A DNA stretch of 64,000 bases, taken from NCBI GenBank assembly GCA_003222395.1, contig QHWB01000034.1:67460-131459 (forward strand). Reading direction: 5' to 3'. The stretch comes from Acidobacteriota bacterium (lineage in GTDB: Bacteria > Acidobacteriota > Vicinamibacteria > Vicinamibacterales > CAVVIG01). The notes under the pieces are model-generated. The model saw only the letters and a program-made list of their open reading frames with translations. It did not search any database and was not told the origin of the DNA. The translations under genes and the position numbers were made by a program. Numbering within the stretch: the stretch's first letter is position 1; each line of letters opens with the position of its first letter. Positions 45,546 through 52,397 of the stretch are shown here, one piece after another.

Positions 45546-46466
45546 TCAGCGGCGACTTTTCGCGTGGGAAACATCTGCCACCAGAATTGCGTTCCGGTGG
45601 ATGGCGCCTGATGCGACACGGACGCGATCGGTGATGATGCAATCCTCGATGATGGCATTCGCGCCGACCTCCACATCGTCCCACAGAATCGACCGCACGA
45701 TACGCGCCGTGGGATGAATCGATCCAGCTCGACCGGCCGACACGTCGCCGCGCCCTTCCTTTTCGGCGAAGGCGTTCGACGTGCGCCAGTAGTCGTCGAC
45801 CGTGCCGACGTCCCAGAATTCGGCGTCTGCAACGACGCCGCGCACCAGGCCGCGGTCGCGTGCGATCAGCGCGTCGTACACCTGTCCGATCGAATTGATC
45901 GGCTCGCCGAGCGGCAGCGGTTCGAAGATCGAGCGGTTCGCGATCTGGACTCCGATGAAATGGAACGAACCTTTCGCTGAAGGGCCGCGGCGCACGAAGC
46001 CGGTCACTCGGTGCTCGCCGTCGAGCACAACGCCGCCGTAGCGCTCGTGTTCACGATTCGGCACCAGCGCCAGCGTCACCAGCGCGCCCGATGCCGCGTG
46101 CGCGTCGGCGAAGTCGCCAAGGCGCAGATCCGTCAGCGTATCGCCGTTCACGATCAAGAGCGCATCGCCGTCGAGCAGAGGCAGCGTCTGGCGCGGTCCG
46201 CCCGCGCTGCCGAGCACGCGCGGCTGTTCCCACGAATAGCGCACGCGAACGCCGAGATCGCCGCCGTCGCCGACGACGGCCGTCAGCGTTTCGGGAAGAT
46301 GATGGAGGTTCAGCACGACGTGCGACACGCCGTTCGCAGCCAGCCAGCCGATGATGCGCCGAATCATCGGCTCGCCCGCGACCGGAATGGCGGGTTTGGC
46401 TCGAACGTCGGTCAGCGGCCGCAGACGCGTGCCCAGTCCGGCCGTCAGGACGAGCGCGTCGCGAAT
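45546..46466 (-). CDS. sugar-1-phosphate nucleotidyltransferase with C-terminal left-handed beta-helix-like repeats
   Basis: The conserved N-terminal G-loop ALVLTAGLGTRLRPLT..KPAIPV lies upstream of the first ATG (46367). There is no in-frame ATG/GTG/TTG there. The best candidate start is ATT 46466, 4 nt after the CYTH stop. Confidence 0.7.
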   Translation of the reverse strand: MRDALVLTAGLGTRLRPLTDVRAKPAIPVAGEPMIRRIIGWLAANGVSHVVLNLHHLPETLTAVVGDGGDLGVRVRYSWEQPRVLGSAGGPRQTLPLLDGDALLIVNGDTLTDLRLGDFADAHAASGALVTLALVPNREHERYGGVVLDGEHRVTGFVRRGPSAKGSFHFIGVQIANRSIFEPLPLGEPINSIGQVYDALIARDRGLVRGVVADAEFWDVGTVDDYWRTSNAFAEKEGRGDVSAGRAGSIHPTARIVRSILWDDVEVGANAIIEDCIITDRVRVASGAIHRNAILVADVSHAKSRR

Positions 46467-46470
46467 GCGG

Positions 46471-47025
46471 CTAGTCCTCGAACAGCATGTCGGCCGGCGT
46501 GACGCCGCATTCCTCGCAGTGCCTGAGGTAAATGCGGCGATATGAGTCGAGCAGGTAGTCGGAGGGTCCGCGCCCGAGCACTTCGGCGGTCTCGTGGATG
46601 CCGCGATCGCCGCCTTCGATCTCGACGAAGGTTCCCACCGGCGTCTCGTCCACCGTGACGATCACGTCGTCGAGCGCGAATTCCTCGCGGTACTTCTGAT
46701 AACGAAACCACGTCTGGAAGCCGAGCTGCTGGAGGATGGCCACGAGCCCTTCGCCGTCGGCAACGATTGTTTCCATCTCTTCGCGCGCCTTCACGAGCGA
46801 CGGCGGCACCGGACCTTTGTAGGTCAGCACGCTGCGGCCCGACTCGACGCGAACGCGCAGGACGCAGCGATGCCGCCGCAGTGTCTCGTCCGCCGTGTCG
46901 AGGAGGCAGTCCTCCTGCAGGCGCCTGCAGCGGACCGGCGTGGCGCCGGCGCGCAGGATGGCCGTCCGCGCTGCCTCTGGGGTCTCAAACCTGAGCTTGA
47001 TCTCACGCTCGAGTATCGCGGTCAT
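46471..47025 (-). CDS. CYTH-domain protein (class IV adenylate cyclase/triphosphatase fold)
   Basis: N-terminal EREIKLRF motif. 184 aa. Confidence 0.8.
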   Translation of the reverse strand: MTAILEREIKLRFETPEAARTAILRAGATPVRCRRLQEDCLLDTADETLRRHRCVLRVRVESGRSVLTYKGPVPPSLVKAREEMETIVADGEGLVAILQQLGFQTWFRYQKYREEFALDDVIVTVDETPVGTFVEIEGGDRGIHETAEVLGRGPSDYLLDSYRRIYLRHCEECGVTPADMLFED

Positions 47026-47034
47026 GGCGCGTAT

Positions 47035-47943
47035 TTAACTCCCAAGTCTCTGAAACATCAATCGAACAAACACATACATCGTGAAGCACTCGAGCGCGAA
47101 CGGAGGGAAGCCCAGGTAGCCGGGCAGCGGCATCTCGAAAACTTTCCAGTCTTCCATGATCGGAACGGTGTAGTGCCATTTCGCTTCGGCCCAGAAGTTC
47201 CACATTTCCCAGAGCACGCCGCACAGCAATCCGCTGCCGAGGAGATCGGCGGTCCGATGACGATCGGCCATCAGCGTGGCGCCGCCGAGCCGAAAATTGA
47301 TCGGATCGAGCAGAAAGATGAACCCGAGCCACACCGGCGCCGCGAGATACCTTGCAACGTCGCGGGAGACGAGAAAGGGCACGAGCAACATAGCTGTCCC
47401 GATCGCGATGGACAGGGAGCGCCCGCGGCTCGAGCAAGGCGCGGGGTGGCCCGCCGGAGGGAACGTTCTCCGTCCGTCTCCTGCCGCTGTGGCCCCTCCC
47501 GCCGCTCCGGCCTCTCCCGCCGGTCCGGCCCATCCCGCCCCTCCTGCCCGTCCCGCCCCTCCTGCCCGTCCCGCCCAGACAGAGATCAGATCGGCTCCCT
47601 CGAAGATCGCGGGCCATATTGTCGCGAACGACCAGGCGTAGCCGAACATCCGGAGAAACCAGTTCTCCGGAAGGCCAGTGTAGTACCAGTTCCGGATAAT
47701 CAGGTTGTAGCCTTCGAACACAATCCAGAGCGGAATGGAAAGGATCGCGAGCAGCGCGAACTCGCGCGGCGACGATCGCATCCACGATCGGCCGCGCGCG
47801 CGGTACACGATGGTGTCGGCGAAGAGGATGAAGCCAGTCCAGCAGATCGGTGTATTCCACGAATAGAACGGCTCGATGCGCGCGATCGTCGCCGCTTCGG
47901 ACACGATCATGATGGCGAGGCCGGCGACGGCCGCTGCGCTCAT
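47035..47943 (-). CDS. polytopic membrane protein of unknown function with repeat-encoded Gly/Ala loop
   Basis: Multiple Trp/Phe-rich TM segments. The central loop AGRAGGAGRAGGAGWAGPAGEAG is encoded by an 18-bp tandem repeat. ATGA overlap with the upstream gene. Confidence 0.6.
   Translation of the reverse strand: MSAAAVAGLAIMIVSEAATIARIEPFYSWNTPICWTGFILFADTIVYRARGRSWMRSSPREFALLAILSIPLWIVFEGYNLIIRNWYYTGLPENWFLRMFGYAWSFATIWPAIFEGADLISVWAGRAGGAGRAGGAGWAGPAGEAGAAGGATAAGDGRRTFPPAGHPAPCSSRGRSLSIAIGTAMLLVPFLVSRDVARYLAAPVWLGFIFLLDPINFRLGGATLMADRHRTADLLGSGLLCGVLWEMWNFWAEAKWHYTVPIMEDWKVFEMPLPGYLGFPPFALECFTMYVFVRLMFQRLGS
47415..47580. repeat. diverged family-A fragment (opposite orientation to gene) plus 18-bp tandem repeat
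   Basis: The plus strand reads AGCGCCCGCGGCTCGAGCAAGGCGCGGGGTGGCCCGCC. TCCCGCCCCTCCTGCCCG repeats at 47533, 47551 and, partially, 47569. Confidence 0.7.
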
Positions 47944-49406
47944 GTGACGCGCATCCTGTACGAACAGCCCATGAGCGATGGAGTGCCGACGTTCTTTCCC
48001 AGGATCAGGACCTTGTGACTGCTGCCGAGGCCTCCTGGCATCAGCAGCGTTCTGAGGGCAGCGTTCCGCTTCAAATCCGCGCGAGCGGTACTTTTCTCCA
48101 TTGCGGCAGGGATCCCATCCCCGACGCTGCTGCTCGACCCGTTCGCGCCTCGCAATGGCTCGAGGCTGCCGCTCGCCGACGAGCCCGCATTTTTCAACGC
48201 TCGCGGGGTTCCACCCCCGCTCGCGTCGCTCGTGCCCTCGCGCTCGCTCGAGCCGCGGGCGCTGCTCTCGCGCGTATGTAGAAAAGTGCGTCGCAGTCGA
48301 TCGTCACTTTGCAGAAGGCCAAGCAAAAAGTACGTCTGATCGAGAAATCCGAGGATTGTGAGGCCTTCGGCTTCGGCCGCTCGGCGAACCGACGTGAAAT
48401 CGACGTGCGCGGTGATGTCCTGCCCGCCGGCACTCTGCAACCACGCGGGCGCATCGGGCCGCAGCTCCGAGCCCGCGCTGTGATGGCCGTAGAACGTTGT
48501 GAGCGTTCCGGCAGAATGCGACGCGGAGTAGAGCTCGCGCGCCTCGTGGCCGTAATCGATCACGATGATGAAACCGCGCCGCAGCCGGCGCGCCGCGTCC
48601 CGGATCCATTCGACTGCGCGCAGATTGACTTCGACGCGCCATCCGGGTTCGAGACGCGCGGCGATGCTATCGAGATATTCGGCTAGTGCCGGTGTCGAAG
48701 GCGGACCCTCGACAGTCGTCAGTCGCCAGTCGTCGGTCGTCGGTCGCGACGACTGCTGATCGCCGACTGCTGACTGAAGACTGATGACTGGTGACTGAGG
48801 ATCGATGACTGACGACTGATGACTGACATATATTTCCCGTAATCCGTCCGTCCGCATGACGACCTGATGCACGGGCAACGCGTCGAGCAGCTCGTTGGCG
48901 ACGAGCACCCCTTCGAACGACGCGGGCAGCGATGATTCGGAAGATGTCAGTCGATCGGCGACCTCGGCGAGCATCGCACGTTGAGCGCCGCGTGCGGCGG
49001 CGCTGGCTTCGACGAGGTGCAGGCGAATCCGGGCGTAGAAGCCTGGATGCTCGCGCGTCGCGGCGCGAAGGATGTCCGTCGAGAGGCGGGCATTTCCGGC
49101 GCCGGCTTCGACGAGATCGAAGGGCCGAGCGAGCTCGCCCCGCAGGCCGGATTCTGCTGCGAGCAAGCGGAACATTTCCTCGATCTGGACTTCGAGGAGC
49201 TCGCCGAAGAGCGGACCGATATCGACGCTCGTAAGAAAATCGCCCGCGCGGCCGGATCGTTGGGGCGCGCGGGCGTAGTAGCCGAGCTCGGGATCGTAAA
49301 GCGCCAGCTCCATGAACGCGGCCACCGTCAGTGGACCGCGCTGGCGAACGCGCTGCGCGAGTCGGGATTCGGGATTTGGGATTCGGGATTCGAGAGGCGT
49401 CGTCAC
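47940..49406 (-). CDS. MidA/NDUFAF7-like SAM-dependent methyltransferase (DUF185) with three repeat-derived segments
   Basis: N-terminus GPLTVAAFMELALYDPELGYYA, ANELLDALPVHQV, and GFIIVIDYGH. GTG start at 49406 lies in the loop of a hairpin repeat. Confidence 0.75.
   Translation of the reverse strand: MTTPLESRIPNPESRLAQRVRQRGPLTVAAFMELALYDPELGYYARAPQRSGRAGDFLTSVDIGPLFGELLEVQIEEMFRLLAAESGLRGELARPFDLVEAGAGNARLSTDILRAATREHPGFYARIRLHLVEASAAARGAQRAMLAEVADRLTSSESSLPASFEGVLVANELLDALPVHQVVMRTDGLREIYVSHQSSVIDPQSPVISLQSAVGDQQSSRPTTDDWRLTTVEGPPSTPALAEYLDSIAARLEPGWRVEVNLRAVEWIRDAARRLRRGFIIVIDYGHEARELYSASHSAGTLTTFYGHHSAGSELRPDAPAWLQSAGGQDITAHVDFTSVRRAAEAEGLTILGFLDQTYFLLGLLQSDDRLRRTFLHTRESSARGSSEREGTSDASGGGTPRALKNAGSSASGSLEPLRGANGSSSSVGDGIPAAMEKSTARADLKRNAALRTLLMPGGLGSSHKVLILGKNVGTPSLMGCSYRMRVT
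48188..48296 (-). repeat. family-A element in-frame inside the MidA-like gene
   Basis: The reverse complement reads GCGACGCACTTTTCTACATACGCGCGAGAGCAGCGCCCGCGGCTCGAGCGAGCG..GACGCGAGCGGGGGTGGAACCCCGCGAGCGTTGAAAAATG. Confidence 0.8.
48712..48830. repeat. family-B heptamer-repeat hairpin in-frame inside the MidA-like gene
   Basis: The right arm is GACTGAT|GACTGGT|GACTGAG|GATCGAT|GACTGAC|GACTGAT|GACTGAC. The left arm is CAGTCGT-type units. CAGTCGTCAGTC (48713) is complementary to GACTGACGACTG (48807). Confidence 0.8.
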
Positions 49407-49442
49407 CCTGCGATTCCCAAATCCCGAATCCCGAATCCCGAC
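49363..49442. repeat. family-B hairpin (GGGATTC)n / (GAATCCC)n between htrA and the MidA-like gene
   Basis: CGGGATT|CGGGATT|TGGGATT|CGGGATT, a 16-nt loop, then ATTCCCAAATCCCGAATCCCGAATCCCG. Confidence 0.9.
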
Positions 49443-49449
49443 TCCGATG

Positions 49450-51042
49450 TCACTCTTTGCGGACCGGCACGAACGTCTCGTTGTCGCCGCGCCAGACGCG
49501 CAGCTGCGCGAGGTGGCCCGACTGCACCTTCTGCAGCTCGCGCTGTGCTTCGGATGCGTTCGACACGCTGCGGCCGTTGACCGAGAGAATGACGTCGCCT
49601 TGCCGCAGCGCGCCGGCCGATGGCCCGTCGGGATCGACGTCGGTGACGATCGCGCCCGACTGTCCCGATGGAAGCCGCAGCCTCCGCGACAGTTGCGATG
49701 TCAGGTTCTCGAGCGTCAAGCCAAAGCCGCTCGCGCCCTGCTGTTCGGGCTGCTGCGTGTCCGGCTCCTGATTGCGGCGTCCGCCGCCCGTCGCCTGCTG
49801 CTCGGCCTCGAGATCCAGCTCCTCGACGGTCACGTTGAACGTTTTCTCCTGCCGATTGCGCAGCACCTTGACGGGCACGCTCGTGCCCGGCCTCGTGGCC
49901 ACGACCATCTTCACGAGCTCGTCGTTGTTCGCAATCGGCCGGCCGTTGTACTCGACGATCACGTCGCCCGGCTCGATGCCGGCTTTGGCCGCCGGACCGC
50001 TCGAGGGCACCTGCGCGACGACGGCGCCTTTGCGTTCCTTGAGCCCGAAGTCCTGGTAAGCCTCGCGCGGGACCGCGATCACCGAGACGCCGATGCGTCC
50101 GCGCGTGATCTTGCCGGTCCGCAGCTGCGGCAGCAGGTCGTGAATCGTATTGATCGGCACGGCGAATCCGATGCCGATGTTGCCCTCGGTCTGCGAGTTG
50201 GTGATGATCGCCGTGTTCATCCCGATCACTTCGCCGCGCACGTTCAGCAGCGGACCGCCCGAATTCCCCGGGTTGATCGCAGCGTCGGTCTGAATCATGT
50301 CGTTGTTGCGGCCGTTGGTCACCGGGAACGCGCGTCCGACCGCGCTGACCACGCCGACCGTCACCGTGTGGCGATACCCGAACGGGTTGCCGATGGCCAT
50401 CACCCAGTCACCGGGCGCCATCTGCGCGGAGTCGCCGAACTTCACCTCGGGCAGCGCCCCCTTCGGTTTGTCGACGAGCTCGAGGAGGGCGCTGTCGGTC
50501 AGCTGATCTCTGCCGATCACCTTCGCCGTATATGGCGTCTCATCGTCACCGTAGAGGTACACCTCGATCTTGGTCGCATCCTCGACGACGTGGTTGTTGG
50601 TGAGGATGAAGCCGTCCTTGCTGATGACGAATCCCGTGCCTGCCGCCGACGTCTTCGGCTCGCGCTGCGGCCGGCCGCGCCGGTTGCCGCCGCGTTGATC
50701 TTGATCGTCCTGCTGGCCGGGATTGCCGAAGAAGCGATGGAAGAGATCGTCCGGTGTCGTGCCGCGGCCGCCGAAGAACTCGGTGAGGTCGTTGCTCTTC
50801 GCCTTCATCTCGGTCCGGATGTTCACGACCGACGGCGTCACCGACTTCGCGATGTTCCGGAAGGTGTCGGCGCTCAGCGGGCCGGTAATGGGCGCGCTGT
50901 TGGTCGCCGGTACGTTGATCGTCTGCGCTGATGACGCGGGCGTGAGATCGAGCCGCGACGCGAGCACCATGCCGACAGCCAGCGAGGCGACCGCGATCAG
51001 GAGCGCATAAAATAATGTGGTCTTGCGAGTGGACATCGTCAC
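49450..51042 (-). CDS. HtrA/DegP-family serine protease with two PDZ domains
   Basis: Catalytic GNSGGPLLN, TNNHVV and DSALLEL motifs, plus two PDZ regions. Confidence 0.92.
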   Translation of the reverse strand: MTMSTRKTTLFYALLIAVASLAVGMVLASRLDLTPASSAQTINVPATNSAPITGPLSADTFRNIAKSVTPSVVNIRTEMKAKSNDLTEFFGGRGTTPDDLFHRFFGNPGQQDDQDQRGGNRRGRPQREPKTSAAGTGFVISKDGFILTNNHVVEDATKIEVYLYGDDETPYTAKVIGRDQLTDSALLELVDKPKGALPEVKFGDSAQMAPGDWVMAIGNPFGYRHTVTVGVVSAVGRAFPVTNGRNNDMIQTDAAINPGNSGGPLLNVRGEVIGMNTAIITNSQTEGNIGIGFAVPINTIHDLLPQLRTGKITRGRIGVSVIAVPREAYQDFGLKERKGAVVAQVPSSGPAAKAGIEPGDVIVEYNGRPIANNDELVKMVVATRPGTSVPVKVLRNRQEKTFNVTVEELDLEAEQQATGGGRRNQEPDTQQPEQQGASGFGLTLENLTSQLSRRLRLPSGQSGAIVTDVDPDGPSAGALRQGDVILSVNGRSVSNASEAQRELQKVQSGHLAQLRVWRGDNETFVPVRKE

Positions 51043-51088
51043 GATCCTCCGGCGGCGGTCGACCGCCTGACGGGCCCCAACGGACCCT

Positions 51089-52339
51089 TTACATCAGTCT
51101 CAATATCTCGGTCTGCAGTGGTCCCGTCACGGCCGCATCGCGCTCGGCGACAACCATGTTGATTTCCGTCCGAACGCCGAAGTCGTCGAAGTACACGCCG
51201 GGCTCGATGGTGAAGCCGGTGCCGGGCAGCAGGCGCCGATCGTCGTGCGTCTCGTAGTCGTCCATGTTGACGCCGTTACCGTGCACCGTTTCGCCGAGGC
51301 TGTGACCCGTGCGGTGCAGGATCTGGCGGTCGTAACCCGCATTGCGCAGCACGGTCGCCGCCGCGCGATCGACCTGCCAGCCGCGCACGTCGCGGCCGGC
51401 TCGCGCCATCTCCTGCACGAACCTGATCGCCGCGTCCCGCGCGTCGCGAATCGCGGCGAACGCACGGGCAAACCGTTCAGGCACATGAGACCCGGCGAAT
51501 CCGACCCACGTGATATCAGCAAACACTGCGCCGGGTGCGTCGAGCTTGCCCCAGAGGTCCAGCAGCACCAGGTCGTCGCGGCGGATCGCGCGGTGGACGG
51601 TCGCCGTCGGCAAATAGTGCGGGTTGCCCGCGTGTTCAGTCGCCGCTACGATGGGATCCGAATCGCTGACGAGTCCCTCGTCGCGAAACCATCCCGCCAT
51701 GAGCTGCTGAATGTCGTATTCAGAGGTGGCGACGCCGTCGATCAACCGTGCGCCGACCGCTTCGAACGCTCGATCCTTAACGCGGTAGAGCTTTTCCGAC
51801 GCCGCGCGGTGTGTCGCGATGGCCGCATCGTCCCATACGGCCGAGAAGCGCTGGAACAGGTCGCCTGACGAGACGACTTCAACGCCGAACTGCCGCACCA
51901 GCTCCATCGTGCCCGCGTCGACGCGTGAGACGTAGGGGATAGCGCATCCCGGCGAGTACTCCATCGCAATGCGACGTACGCCGGACAACAGCTCGCGCAG
52001 CCCGGCTTCGAGCTGATCGCGGCCCGCATATCGCCGGGGCGTGCCGGGAAGATGCGCGAGAGAATCTTTCTCGATCGCGTGCACGAGGGCGCGCGGCTCG
52101 CCGATCGCGGGAATGAGGTAGTACCAGCGGCGGGTGGCGAGATGGCCGCCCTGGCGGTTGACGGCAGTGACGTCGGCGGCCAGCGGGTTGATGCCGCGGA
52201 AGTCGTACAGCAGCCAGCCGTCGAGGCCGTCCGTCTTAAGAGCAGCCTGGACCGCGGAAATATCGAGCGACGTCCCCGTGACGGCTATCTGTGAGGAGGA
52301 CACCCGTCCAGTATAGCAACGCCTCGCCGAAGCCCGCAC
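51089..52339 (-). CDS. M24 family Xaa-Pro aminopeptidase
   Basis: HRTGHSLG..VHG and FTIEPGVY motifs. Confidence 0.85.
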   Translation of the reverse strand: MRASARRCYTGRVSSSQIAVTGTSLDISAVQAALKTDGLDGWLLYDFRGINPLAADVTAVNRQGGHLATRRWYYLIPAIGEPRALVHAIEKDSLAHLPGTPRRYAGRDQLEAGLRELLSGVRRIAMEYSPGCAIPYVSRVDAGTMELVRQFGVEVVSSGDLFQRFSAVWDDAAIATHRAASEKLYRVKDRAFEAVGARLIDGVATSEYDIQQLMAGWFRDEGLVSDSDPIVAATEHAGNPHYLPTATVHRAIRRDDLVLLDLWGKLDAPGAVFADITWVGFAGSHVPERFARAFAAIRDARDAAIRFVQEMARAGRDVRGWQVDRAAATVLRNAGYDRQILHRTGHSLGETVHGNGVNMDDYETHDDRRLLPGTGFTIEPGVYFDDFGVRTEINMVVAERDAAVTGPLQTEILRLM

Positions 52340-52397
52340 AGGGATGCCGGCGGGCGAGGGCGGCGGGGACGCTATAATCGCAACGAGAACGTCACTT

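Noticed and set aside
52373-52378. Perfect TATAAT upstream of the VWA gene, and another on the minus strand at 21147-21152 upstream of tatA
   Set aside because: No acceptable -35 hexamer lies at 16-18 nt spacing in either case. They are kept only as weak possibilities and are not listed as features.
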